DNA of 64,000 nt, taken from NCBI GenBank assembly GCA_951406725.2, contig OX597817.1:83576001-83640000 (forward strand), written 5' to 3'. Below are positions 1 to 13,344 of the stretch, in pieces (position 1 is the stretch's first letter; each line of letters opens with the position of its first letter). The notes beneath the pieces are model-generated. The model saw only the letters and a list, made by a program, of their open reading frames with translations, was not told the DNA's origin and did no database searches. The position numbers and the translations under genes were made by a program. Source of the DNA: Octopus vulgaris. Its lineage: Eukaryota.

Positions 1-38
<38 letters not shown>

Positions 39-1832
39 CTTTAGTCTACTGTTATAGTGTTATCCGTCATATGAGTGGTAACTTTGGAAGTATACTTTTA
101 TCCACATGGCAAGTATCGAAATATGGCATATGTACAATAATTGTTTCTCATTTCCTCCTCTTCCTCCTCATATTCATCTGCCTATGATTCTTTCACCAGA
201 CTGTACAACATTGCTCTACCCATGACTTGCAGCCAAGTCGAGTATGTGCACTCATCTTGCACCTCTTCCGTTAACTCGCTGTCCTCTCTCTTTACGATGT
301 AAGGCGTGACAGGAGAAATCAACCAATTAACCAAGCAACCAACCAGCAACCAACTAACCAACATTCATATCAGCAACTATTATAATGAAATTTAAATTCC
401 TTCCCTATGAAATGCATTTCCTGCGCCTCTGTTATTAAATATAGATCAAATAAAGTAATACGTATGCCTTACTTGGATAAACGTTTTCTCCAAAGCGAAT
501 TATTACTATAAGTAAAAATTAGTCGGTACTGTTGAGAATCCAAAGAAATAACTTAAACTGGGGTATTCATTGTCTTAGTGTAGAATGGTAAGTAACTAAG
601 ATAAAGATTAATCTGCTATTCCTATTCAATGTTCCTGATTATAGTTATTACACTTAGTCTGTATCACTTCTGCACTTCGTAAAGGAAGCAGCGTTACAGT
701 TATTTCTATACATTTTTAAGAAACAAATATGTTGACGTCGAAAGAATCCCGAGCAATAATTAATAGCATTAACATTCGTTTCATGCTTTATTACATCAAA
801 AGAACCTTAAACTGTATCACAAATAACTGATCGTCTACCAAAATTTTAATAGCAAACATTGAAACGTTCTTTCAAAACGGCATATTGAAAGATGTATATG
901 TTAACAGCAAATCCAACGATAACAATTGTTCAATTTCGGTAATTCTTTTCACGATAAATAAATTTAAATCATTTAATATATACACTGGAAACAATTCGGA
1001 GACCAACTAAGATAATAATTTCGATAATATTTAGCACCAATATTTGCCTTCCTTGTTGCGTTCATTTAACAACCTACGTACGAATGTAACTACCTCCATA
1101 CTTTCCGAACCAGTTACCAATCTATCAACTATCTGTCTATCTATCGATCATCTTGCCTGTTTATGAAACCAATTACTTCTCCATATTCTTCCTCCACAAA
1201 TTTCATTCCATGGAAGATGCAATGTAATATGTATACATATATGTAATATTGATGTATGTGTCCTTGTTTGTGGATATATATATCATACATACCTTGCTTC
1301 TTTGTGTAAGCATGTGTGTATGCATTTACATATCTGCATGAATATGCGTGCACACACATACACGGGAGCGCGTACTCCTGCCTCCCCCACATATATATAT
1401 ATGCATATATATATAAATCAAAGGTAGAACAGAAAAAATACTACAAACGGAAACTATCAAAACACAACCTGCGGAAAAAAGGATGATAGCACGACAACGG
1501 CAAATGGGACAAAACGAGATACATGGATCATTCGCAGCCAACCACCTCTTCAGTAGGAGTCCGGAATATCTTCGTAGTTTCACACACTTATCTCCGATAA
1601 TACTCGAAACCGGCTGGGTCAGGGACTTAAGCTGAAGGCGTTAAGCCTCTGGGAAAGGCAAAGGAGTACATAGAGGAAAACAAATAAGTAAATAATAGAA
1701 AAGGCCTCTTAACTATCAGAGGATTGTAGCAAGCTGGCGCAAGGAGAATGGATATGGAAAAATCTTAAAAGACTGAGCGGCAGGACAGAACAGAACACAC
1801 ACACACACACAGATATATATATATATATATAT

Positions 1833-2175
1833 GCGCAGGATTACCTGTGTGGCAAGTAGCTTGCTTACCAGCCACATGGTTCCGGGTTCAGTCCAACTGC
1901 GTGGCACCTTGGGCAAGTGTCTTCTACAATAGCCTCCGGCGAACCAAAGCTCTGTGAATGGAGTCTGTGTTTTCCCCCCACACACACCATCACTTGGCAA
2001 CCGATGCTGGTGTGTTTACGTTCCCGTAACTTAGCGGTTCAGCAAAAGACAGCTATAGAATAAGTACCAGGCTTACAAAGAATAAGCCCTGGGGTCGATC
2101 TGTTCGACTAAAGATGGTGCTCCAGCATGGTCGCACTCAGATGACTGAAACAAATAAAAGAATAAAAGAATAAAA

Positions 2176-2179
<4 letters not shown>
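1833..2179 (+). mobile_element. tRNA-derived CORE-type SINE (internally shortened copy)
   Basis: Head gcgcagga..tgtggcaagtagc..ggttcagtcc, CORE-like gtggcaccttgggcaagtgtctt, tail (aaaagaat)n. Same family as 40129 and 41210. Confidence 0.85.
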
Positions 2180-2216
<37 letters not shown>

Positions 2217-2218
<2 letters not shown>

Positions 2219-2460
2219 AGCAAAACGCCCCCCGTCCAATGGACGGTGCTGAGTTGTCAAGCATTTAAACCAAATTTTCTCAAAACAACTTGTCCGACCG
2301 TCCCATAGGCCTCCCCTTTGAGAAACACTAATTTAACCTAAATTTGAGACACCAGCAAAAGAAGAAATAAAGATAGACTTTTTTCTGTTCCTAGAAAAAC
2401 GATTTTACAAATGCACGTTCCCACGGCTTTATCGATTGCAGTCTCGCCTGAGAATGAATC
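2217..2460 (-). mobile_element. Non-autonomous Helitron, 3' part
   Basis: Minus strand: hairpin ccgtcca-t-tggacgg, 11 nt, then CTTG|T (CTRR variant). 2221-2330 matches 28809-28922 and 2409-2450 matches 29516-29557. Confidence 0.7.
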
Positions 2461-2689
2461 GGAAAATTGTATCGACGATTGTACATAATAAGGACAAGAT
2501 TTTAGCACATATCAAATCTGAAGCCGCAAAGATGAAGAAGTCATCAATTAGTAAAGAGGTAAAAGCTTTGAAGTAATGGAAAGTCTTCTTTCTCTTTGAA
2601 TTATTAGGCTGAATCGTCAGAGTGCTACTATTAGTCAATAAATCATTTAAGAGAAAGCGTTGTCTTTGTGTATATGAAGAAATAATATC

Positions 2690-4430
2690 CAGAGGAGAGA
2701 AATGTAGAGTTCAAGTCAACTCAAAGATGGTTCATGAGATTTAAAGAGCGAAGAAGTTATCACTCCATTAAGAAGCAAGGGGAAAGTGCAACAGCTGTCG
2801 AAAAAGCAACGGCGGAATTTCCTAATGCATTAAAGAAAATCATTGAAGAAAACAGGTTTCTTACCGAACAGATTTTTAACGTAGACGAAACAGGATTGTA
2901 TTGGAAAAAATTGCCAGACCGTTGATTCATTTCCAAGGAAGAGAAAACTATTCCTGGCTACAAGGTCTCAAAAGAACATGCGACCATTATGTTGGGCGGT
3001 GATTGTGCAGGAGATTTTAAGTTAAAGGCATTGCTTGTGTATCATACACACAAACTCCGTGCCCTGAAGAACATACACAAGGCATCTCTCCCTGTTATAT
3101 GGGAGGCTAATTCAAAAGCATGGATTACTATTGTTGTTTTTTAAGACTGGTTCTTCAGTCATTTTATCCCAGCAGCAGAGAGGTACTGTAAGTAAAAGGT
3201 GATTCTTTTTAAGGTTTTACTTATCTTTGGTAATGCTCCTGTCCACACGCAAACATCTTAGATTTTTACCCCAACGTTACTGTCGTATACCTCCCGCCGA
3301 ACACCACGCCTCTTCTGCAGCCAATGGATCAGGGAATAATTTCTATCTTCAAGCGTTACTATATGAAGCGTTCGTTGCGCCAAGCAATAGCTGCAACTGA
3401 TTTTGATGGGTCCATCACACTTCGGGACTTTTCGAAGAGATACGATATCTACAAGGCTGTACAGAACATAGCAGCGGCATGAAATGATGCACAGAACACA
3501 GCTATGAATGGTATATGGAAGAAGCTTTGCTCGCAATTCGTGAATGATTTTAAGGGGTTTGATAATGTTGCCATCAACAAAACGTTGGTGACTACAAGCA
3601 AAGAACTAGAAATGGATTTGGATGAGAAGAATTTCACAGATTTATTTGAAAAAGACAAGCAGCCCCTGACGAACGAGGATTTGATAGAGCTTCACAAGCA
3701 GCAAAATAAGGAAGAAGAGGAAGTCGAACCTGATCCACGTCACTTTACCATTAAGAAAATGCAGTAAGCATTTGCATATACCGAAAAAGGTCTTTCTATG
3801 TTCGAGGATATAGATCCAAATACTCAACGCTTTTCCAAGATTATGGGGGCTAGTCACGAAGATTGTGCTCCTTATAATGTAATCCTTGAGGAAAAGAAGA
3901 CAGTTCAAAGAACTCTCAACCGGATTTTTATCAGCATCGACCAACAAGAATAGCCAGACAGTTGATGTTGACGATCCGCAGCCATCTACATCCGCGATGT
4001 AAATCACCAAATTGTTTGTAAGTATTGGTAAATTTTCAATAATTTAGTTTTGTTTTCTATTGCAAAATAATAATTACTGAATTTGTTTTTTAAGCTATAC
4101 CATGTCTTATTGCAAATCACATTCATAAATACAGCGTCCGCGATAAACGGTAAACACCGCCAAGTTGTATTAGTAAATTTAGATTATTTTTTTTCTACTG
4201 TACTGTATCAAAAATAAAAATGGTTTGCAAGCTTAAGATAGGTTTTTATTTACCATTTATTATTGAAAATGCATTCATAAATAAAGTATAGAGCTGGGAA
4301 TGATTATTATCGGTTTAGCCTAGAGACAAATAAATTCGGCCTAGTCTAGCCTAAAGGCAAGTTAATTCGACTTAAGTTGTTTTTCGACTTCAGTTGTTTT
4401 TCGACTTAGGTCAAAAGCCAAAACAGTTAA
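2690..4430 (+). mobile_element. Tigger/pogo DNA transposon remnant (disrupted DDE transposase)
   Basis: WFMRFKER, QIFNVDETGLYWKKLP, LPPNTTPLLQPMDQGII (~3290-3340), MNGIWKKLC. Multiple stops and frameshifts. Repeated cgactt subterminal motifs at ~4370-4410. Confidence 0.9.
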
Positions 4431-4499
4431 AACAGTTAACAAGAACGGGTTATGCTACTCCCATCCATTTTCCAAATATATAGATAGCACTACCCCTAT

Positions 4500-5375
4500 G
4501 TCCCCCAAAAAATAGTGGTGGACGCTCTATTCTACGGTATCCACCCCCACCTTCTCACTAAATGTCAAAAACTTAGCTAAATCCTTCTTTAATATACTGG
4601 AATCTAACTTCAACATAAATATTACTCTATCTTTAATAGATCCACCCTGAAGCTATTCTATTCCACCCCACCCAACTTCGAATCTATCATAGCAGCCTCT
4701 AATAAACAAAAGCTTTCTCTCTACTATCAAAACTTACACTTTAACAACCCTAAATACACGCGCATCCAACATGTACACTGCTCCAGCATTGAACCTCATA
4801 CGTTAGACCATAACCATAACCCAACCCATCCTACTAACACTACCCAGAATACTACCACAACTTCCAGCACCCTTACAGATAGAATAATTAACAACAACGA
4901 TAGCAATAATAACAATAATAGTAATGATAATATTGATAATACTAATAACTTAAACATTTCTACCCCCATCTCTAACCTCTCTTCTGACAATATGACCTTC
5001 TCCAGTCCTGAAAATAATCCCCAAAATACACCCATTTGTAACTGCCGTCCTGGGTACATCTGCCCTCTACAAACCCATTGTAGAAGATCTAAATGCACCG
5101 TCCTCAACGCACTACACAATTCTACAGCTATATATATGGGGTAAACCGTAAATTCTAAGCAGCGATATGCCGCTCATCTTAATTCTTTTAAATACAGAAA
5201 CACAGTGAATCTACAACACTTGCCAGTCGCATACATCATCTCAAAAATATAATTATTACCTACACTTTGTCATGGTCCATGATAGATTCAGTGCTTCCAT
5301 ATCAAGGTCAACGCTTAGCCTGTAAGTTATGCCTTAAAGAGGCATTCCACATATTAAAACACAAATCCTTATGCG
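4500..5375 (+). mobile_element. Degraded Penelope-like element C-terminus (GIY-YIG; Naiad-like architecture)
   Basis: Piecewise translation: PPFSLNVK..IFNRSTLKL..SIIAASNKQK, an N/T/P-rich linker, CNCRPGYICPLQTHC (5037), IYMG..QRYAAHLNSF, WSMIDSVLPY..CKLCLKE. Frameshifted. Confidence 0.75.
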
Positions 5376-5485
5376 TACATGCATGTGACTGTAAATGCGT
5401 GTGCAACTGCGCGCACGTATGTGCGTGTACATGTATATATATATATGTGTATATATACGTGTATACATACGTGTATATATACACA

Positions 5486-5659
5486 CATTCATAAAAAATA
5501 GATAGAAATACGTATACCTACAGAGAAACAGACACATATATAGACATATACACATAGACATTCACACACACATTCACACACACACACAAATATATATATA
5601 TATATATTTTTATTCTTTTACTTGTTTCAGTCATTTGACTACGGTCATAGTGGAGCACA

Positions 5660-5698
<39 letters not shown>

Positions 5699-6238
5699 CT
5701 TTAGGTTAATTTAAATCTGTTTGTGATATATTTTAACTTCTACAGGTAATATCACTGCAGCTACCGTGGAGAATTAAATACTTTCGTTTGGTAAAAGGTA
5801 TAAAAGCACCATATGTACACAGTGCTTCCCTTTACAGATTCTCAGATACACGTTTCAGGCGTATTAACCTTCCTCAGTGGATTAGCCTTCCTCAGTGGTA
5901 AATACTCACTGACTGTTTTTAGATAACGCACCGGTTCTAATTCTACCAAGGATTACTTATCTAAAGTGCTTCGAAAATGTTATGCAATCATGGAGTAAAA
6001 AACCGCGTCATTGTTTCAACCTGAAAGAATCCTCTGTTGACAACAGTAGTTAGAGAGAAAGACAGAAGAAATGAGCGACGAACATTTTTATTCTATAAAA
6101 CATAATACTTAACGAACAGTTTCGTGAAGTGAAAACAGTATAAAGAATTAAAAGTGCAGTAGTTAAGAAATAAGAGATAAGAAGATTTCAAGGAAAAATC
6201 TTACAATGTAGATATGAAAGTAATGGAGAATAAATAAT
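5486..6238 (+). repeat. ~750-bp direct repeat, copy 1
   Basis: Colinear with 13453-14207 from cattcataaaaa to gagaataaataat, with scattered substitutions. Confidence 0.95.
5839..5880 (-). ncRNA. Minimal hammerhead ribozyme-like motif
   Basis: Minus strand: CUGAGGA-AGG(uuaauacg)CCU-GAAAC-GUGU-AUC-UGAGAA. Stem III is decayed relative to the paralogue at 13823. Confidence 0.6.
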
Positions 6239-7200
6239 TCTCCCTTGCATCTTTCCCCCCACTTCAAATTTTGCTACCAAAACTACGATACACTTCGGTA
6301 TCACCCCACACATATCTTTTCTCTACCTTTTCCCCACTCATCCCTTAATACAGCTGTCATATCACCCCTACTCACATATCTCACATTCTTTTACTCCTTA
6401 CCTTCTCATCTTTTCCTATCCCGCCCCCACACCTCTCCCATCACATTATCTTGACCACCAACTAACACCCCTTCTCACTTCTTTCACCCTTCTTTCTTCA
6501 CTTTTCAGTCTTTGTTTTTTCTCTCTCTCCAGTTTCTCTTTATTATTTTTTCTCTCATTTTCTTTTCCTATCTTAAGTTTGTCCTATCTCCTCTTTCTAA
6601 CCATACACATCTCTCATCCCCACATCTACCCACAAATACTACCAATACAGTATTAAATTTTCATTCACACCACAAAACCTTTCGAACGAGCATCACTGAT
6701 TCCACGGTTCCATACTTTGAAATGCCTAAACATGAACTGCTTTTGGAACTTAAATACCATATACGGGAAACTTTTTTACCACATTTTTATCACATCTATA
6801 CATCATTTTCCTAGAATAATGGAACTACAACTACAATATCTTTATATATCTTATTTCTACTTTCATTCTCCTATTTCCCTATCTCCTCCTTTTCCACAAT
6901 AATTCGAACTCAAATATATTTTCACACCGTCTTTGATTAATGGATATCCATAATATCCCAGAAACAGTTGTTAGACTATTTCATTATAAATATCCTGAAA
7001 ACACTTCACAGCCTCGGCTTTGTTATCTCATTTTGTCTAATATATATATATATATATATATGCATGCTAATACAAGACCCACATTAGACTCCTCATTGGT
7101 ATCTTTATCGAACCAAGAGTTTACGGTCTATCCATAGCACTTACTTAGCGCTACCCGACACTCTTTGGGTCTTCAAGATACCAATACCTCTCATACCGTC

Positions 7201-7245
<45 letters not shown>

Positions 7246-7247
<2 letters not shown>

Positions 7248-7392
7248 GACGGGCATCTTTCAGATTCCGTCTATCAAATCCACTCACAAGGCTTTGATCG
7301 GCCCGAGGCTATAGCAGAAGACACGTGCCCAAGGTACCACACAGTGAAACTTAACCCAGAACCATGTGGTCGAGAAGCAAGCTTCTTAACAT
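7246..7392 (-). mobile_element. CORE-type SINE, 5' half
   Basis: Reverse complement matches the head and CORE region of the 41210 copy. Confidence 0.8.
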
Positions 7393-7416
7393 ACATATAT
7401 ATATATACATGCACAT

Positions 7417-7613
7417 GATGGGGTGTTGAAAGGTTATCACGAAAGACCTGATTGGAGGCCTGAACTTCCGAGTTTATTTACAGGGCTCAGAAAAACTGAA
7501 GGACCGCTGCAAGAAGTATGTAAATCTGAGACGTAAATATGCTGAATAAAATTACAGTTAACTGATGCTACTGTATTTTCTTTTACCTAAAACCAGGAAT
7601 GTTTCAGCACTAC

Positions 7614-7615
<2 letters not shown>
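7417..7615 (+). mobile_element. Mariner-derived MITE
   Basis: Imperfect TIRs (ggggtgttgaaaggtt / gaatgtttcagcactacc) around a mariner-like C-terminus LKDRCKKYVNLRRKYAE*. Confidence 0.6.
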
Positions 7616-7650
<35 letters not shown>

Positions 7651-7929
7651 GTAAAATATGAAAAATCAACGAAAATGCACATTGCAAATAAAAAACGGCT
7701 ATTTATGACAGGTAACGACAAACATATACACATTTAGATTGACTGGGAGTCATAAAAGTCATTATTATGAGATGATTATAAGATGAAAATAAAGTAAGAG
7801 AACAAAACGGACCATGGTTTATGCAAAGCTATTCATCGTTTGAAAAACACCGGCTAATGCACGGTGTCAGGTCTAATAGTTCCTGAGAAAAAAGATATAT
7901 ATATATTATGTATGTATGGATGTATATTT

Positions 7930-8198
7930 TCTATCTTCTGCGGCCCTCTTTGAATACCACCTTTGAGAATTGCAGTCAAACAGATTGACCCCACGACTTA
8001 TATCTTTAATCTTGGTACTTATTCTATCAGTTTCTTTGTCGAACTACTAATTTATGGAGACGTAAGCACACTAAAACCAGTTGTTAAGCAATGACGGGTT
8101 TCTCTCTGTTTCCATCTACCAAATCCACTCTTGATTGGCTCGAGACTGTACTTGAAGATACTTGCCCTAGGTACAACACAATGGGACTGAACCAACCA
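7930..8198 (-). mobile_element. Diverged CORE-type SINE
   Basis: gattgacccc..ggtacttattctatc..ctaccaaatccactc..acttgccctagg..gggactgaacc match the family on the minus strand. Confidence 0.7.
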
Positions 8199-8341
8199 TG
8201 TGTGCGTGCGTATTTGTGTGTGTGCGTGTGTGTGTGTGTGTGCGTACGTGTGTCCGTGTGTGTGTTTATGCTTATATATATATTATACATGTATATAACC
8301 GCAAGATACGAAAAGACAGACATGTTTAAACCTACCTCACG

Positions 8342-10448
8342 CGCCACTGTGATGAGTTCGAGACTCGGGCGGACGTCGACCTGTTCCTGCGCCGCCTCAA
8401 ACTTTGCGCATACTACCACGCGTCCCCGCAGCGTCACAACAATCAGGATTGCCTTTTGGAGCTGGGGCGTCGTCCATCCATCTGGACGCCGCCCTCAGGC
8501 CTTTTCAGTAGCCTAGATTCATTTGTACATGCCTGCAACGCTTTGGTCCACCGTTTCAACTTTGAACCAAGACCCCGCTGAGCCAACCTCACTCGGGCCG
8601 AATCCATTGCCCTTCGCCACCTCCGCCGACGTAATGACATTGTCATCAAACCGGCGGACAAAGGCGGGGCAGTGGTAGTGTGGCGCGCGGACCTATACAG
8701 GGAGGAAGCGCTCAACCAGCTTCAAAATCCCCTCTTCTATCGCCTCCTCCCCTCCGATCCCACCTCCTCCTACCAACAGCGAGTGTCCTCCAACATCCGC
8801 GACCTCATCTCCTCCTCCGCTCTCCCCCCCACCGCCACCAACCTCATCGTCCGCACACCCCGCACCTCCACCATCTACTTCCTTCCCAAGATCCATAAAC
8901 CCTCTAATCCTGGCCGTCCCATAGTCTCTGCCTGTAATTGCCCCACTGAACTCATCTCCCTATACCTCGACCGCATCCTGTCCCCCTTAGTCGCAGCCCT
9001 CCCATCCCACATACACGACACCAACCACGCCCTCCGTCTCTTCAATTCCTTTTCCTTCCCTTCCAGCCCCTCACACCTCCTCTTCACATTAGATGTAAAA
9101 TCCCTGTACACAGTGATTCCCCACAATGACGGTCTCCTAGCCCTCCAACACTTCCTCGGCCGTCGTCCCGACACCACCCCTGGCACCCCCACCCCCCTTC
9201 TCCGCTTGGCTGAGCTCGTCCTCACCCTCAATTGCTTCACGTTCGCCGGGGAAACGTACCAACAGTTGTCCGGGGTCGCGATGGGAACTAGGATGGGCCC
9301 CAATTTCGCCAATCTCTTTCTTGGCTACATTGAGGCCCAAGTGTTCTCCCAGTTCTCTGGGCCGACCCCCGAACTATACGGTCGCTATATCGACGACTGC
9401 ATAGGTGCCACCTCCCTTTCCCGTGAACTTCTCTGCCAATTCATCTCTTTCCTTTCCAACTTTCACCCCTCTCTTCAATTCACCTCCACCATCTCCAACA
9501 CCTCTGTCAACTTCCTTGACATCTCTCTCCGCATCGATCACCCCTCCAACTCTCTCACCACCACCGCCTTCTTTAAACCTACGGATTCCCACCTCTATCT
9601 TAACTTCTCTTTCTCCCACCCCTTCCACACCAAACGAGCCATCCCCTACTCCCAGTTCCTCCGCCTCCGACGTTTGTGCAGCCGCGACCAGGATTTCGAG
9701 ACCCAATCTCAATACCTGGCCCGCATGTTCAGACTCCGAGGTTACCCACCCATACTCCTCTCTGATGCCCTCACCCGCGCCCGTCGCATCGACCGCACCA
9801 CCGCCCTGTCTCCTTCCCCCCGCCCACCCCCACCCCCACCCCCTCCCCCTCCTTTTCCACCCCTCTACACTACACCTTCGTCGCAAGATACTACGTGCCT
9901 TCCGTCGCCTCCAGCTTGATCCCACCACCCGCCCCATTTTCCCTAACCCACCCTTGTCCTCCTTCAAACGAGCCCGTAATCTGCGTGACCTCCTGGTCCA
10001 CAGCACCCTCTCTCCTTCCCCCTCAGCCCCACACGGATCATTCCCTTGCTCTAGATTCCGCTGCAACACTTGCCCCTTCATCACCAACACCACCGCTGTC
10101 ACCGGCTCCAACCGGCATACTGTACGCATTAGGCACTCTTTTACGTGCACCTCGTCTGGCCTTATTTACTGCATTAAGTGCAACCTATGCGGGATGCTGT
10201 ATGTAGGACAGACGGGACGCCGGTTGTCCGGACGATTCGCAGAACATTTGAGGGACGTTCGCCTACACTCTTTTTCTCCCGTCGCACGCCACTTCCGCTT
10301 GGCCGGCCATTCCCTAGATGACATCTCAGTGTTTGGTCTCGCCCCCCACAATGGTCGCCCACTTTCCAGGCTCCACTTGGAGCAACGCTACATCTTCACC
10401 CTACAATCTACTACCCCACACGGACTTAACACAGCCCCCTCCTCTTGA
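8342..10448 (+). pseudogene. PLE reverse transcriptase + GIY-YIG endonuclease (one in-frame TGA, one frameshift)
   Basis: DLFLRRLKL, VIKPADKGGAVVV, YFLPKIHK..PGRPIVS, LDVKSLYT, GVAMGT, RYIDD, NFLDI, IPYSQFLRLRRLCS. After a frameshift in the C-rich tract at ~9820-9850: CSRFRCNTC..FTC, LIYCIKCNLCGMLYVGQT..RFAEH..VARHF..GLN. TGA at 8579-8581. Confidence 0.95.
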
Positions 10449-10499
10449 GGTCCTCTTCTTCTTCTTCTTCTTTTTTTTTTTTTGTTTCCCGGATAAACC

Positions 10500-13140
10500 A
10501 CCCACACACACACACCTACCTACCTCCCACACGCCTGTTCACACACACACATACGTAGACACATCTACGTACATACATTCACACATTTAATCACACACAC
10601 TTATAGACATACATGCACACACTAACATACAAACCAACATGCACATACACACACACATACATACATACACACACACACAGACATACATACACACATACAT
10701 ACACACATACATACGCACATACATACACACACACTCACACACACACACCGCACGTACATACTTCACACACACACACATGCACACATACATGTAGGCATAC
10801 ACACATACATACATACCCACACATGCACACCCTTACACTGAATGCACACACACATACACCTTTTTGCATCCAGGCAGTCCCCCCCTCTTTTCTGCTTTCC
10901 GGTTTTGGCTGATGGATCCTCGGTTCCCGCGCAGCGGGTCGTTCGAGGGCCTTTGCGCTCGCACACCTTGGCGCGCGCTGGGGGCTTGGTCGGCCCCATG
11001 GGCTTGCGTTGTATTGCTTGTGTGTTGTGTGCGTGAGCGTGCTTGGTGTGTGTGGGCTTGCTTCGGGTGTGTGCGTGCGTATGTATACATACATACCCAC
11101 ACACTCGCATGCATCCCTACCCACATACATACACGCACACCTACTCACACACACACATACACACACACACACACATACCCGCACACACACACACATACAT
11201 ACATACACACACATACCTACTTCAGACATACACACACACAGACATACACCCATACACTCACACTCACACGCATACACACACACACATACACACGCACACG
11301 TACACATACACACACACACACACACCTACATACATACATTACACTTGTACACACACACACTTACATTCATACACACACACACCTACACAGCCATACCCTC
11401 ACTCAGACACACACACCTACCTACACACACACACAAACACACACAGACACACACCCATACATACACACATACATAAACACACACACATACACATACACAC
11501 ACATACGCACACACACATATACTTATACACATGCACACACACACACACACACATACATACACCCATACACATACACATACCTACATACTCCTATACGCAC
11601 ATGCATACAAACAGACATACACACATACACACTCACACAAACATACACACACACATACTTACACACACACTCGCCTGCACGCGCACACACATGCATGACA
11701 AACACCCATACACTCACACTCACATACGCACACACCAACATAAACACGCACACGCACACACACACCTACACTCCCACACACATACATACGCACCTACATA
11801 CACACACGCACGCATACACACGCACACACACGCATACACACATACATTACACACGTACACACACACCTACTTACACATGCATACACACACACACAAACAT
11901 GCACGGACACACCCAGACATACATACATACACCTATACACACACGCCCACACACCTACATACACACACATACATACACACACATACACGGACACACCCAT
12001 ACATACTTACATACATACACCTATACACACACGCCTACACACCTACATACACACACATGCATACACACACACACACATGTACGCACATACACACACATAT
12101 ACGCACATACATATATACCCACACACATGCACACACACACACATACGCACATGCATGCATGCATGCACACGCGGACACCTACACGCATACATGCATACAT
12201 GCATACACACACACACACGCACGTACACATACATACACACACACATACATACACACATACACATACATGCATCCTACACACACATACATACACACTCACA
12301 CATACACACACACATACATACACACTCACACATACATACACACCTGTACACACGCGCACACACATGCACATACACACACTTCCACACACCCACACGTACA
12401 TACATACACACTCATACACATACACACAAACACACACACGGACATACATCTATGCACACACATATATACACACATACTTACATACATTCATCGGACACAC
12501 TGACACCCAGACATACACACAAACACACTCACACATCCACACACATACATACTTACACACACACTCGCAGGCGCGCGCACACACGCGCTTGCGCCGGTTC
12601 GCGCACGCATACGCGCATGCATGCACCTCGCTCTTGGACCCGACGAGACCTCCCGCTCGTTTCTGGGGCCGTCGTCTGTCGTTGGGTTCTCCCACGCCCG
12701 TCTCCGCGGGACCACTCTTCCATCTTCCCCTCAGCTGGAGTCCTTTTTCCTTATAACCCCCCTTTTTTTGTTACACACACGCGCACACATACATACACCC
12801 ACTCACACACACACATTGCTTAAATATATACATTACTCTTACACACACTTCAAATCTACTCGCCATTAATACAACCACGACACTGGACACACACACACTA
12901 CTACTCAACACACACGCTGGCACGTTACATACGCCCCCACCCCTTCCCCTCCCTCCCTTCCTCCTTCCTTCATTTTCTTACTACTGACCACTGTCTGCTG
13001 CCTACTACTATTCGCCCTACCTCACACGCCTACACACAGACGCACACACTAACATATACATATATTTTTTGTTTTTTTATCTCGCCTCACACACACATAC
13101 ACACACGCACACGCACACACTCACACATACACACACATCT
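10500..13140 (+). repeat. Degenerate (CA)/(CATA)-rich tract with two GC-rich islands
   Basis: ~2.6 kb of imperfect CA/TACA units, interrupted at ~10860-11075 and ~12565-12750. Confidence 0.95.
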
Positions 13141-13307
13141 GTTGCGTTACCAACCCTGTCTCCACTCTTTTGGCTTTAAAAACCTACTTTGCTCTTGTTA
13201 TCGTAAACTTCCGCCTTTCACCATGTGTACTTCGTAAACACCAGTCGTTTTTTTTCTCCCTCTTGTTGCCCCTTTGGGATCTTTCTTTCCTCTCTCTTCC
13301 TTCTTTA

Positions 13308-13344
13308 TGTTTCCAACGAAGAGCTCCGCTCGAAACGTCATACC
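13308..13344 (+). ncRNA. Variant minimal hammerhead ribozyme-like motif at PLE 3' end
   Basis: CCAACGA-A-GAGC(ucc)GCUC-GAAAC-GUC. The core departs from CUGANGA; stem III is the palindrome ACGU. Confidence 0.55.

Noticed and set aside
8579-8581. In-frame TGA in the PLE ORF as possible selenocysteine
   Set aside because: It lies in an Arg-rich context (PRPR*), best explained by CGA>TGA decay. It is not an evident Cys position and I saw no SECIS.
8443-10362. Antisense and alternative-frame ORFs over the PLE
   Set aside because: By-products of the GC-rich, stop-poor coding strand; no motifs.
10613-12869. Long His/Thr/Tyr and Val/Cys ORFs (up to 630 aa)
   Set aside because: CA-rich repeats lack stop codons in several frames on both strands; translation artefact.
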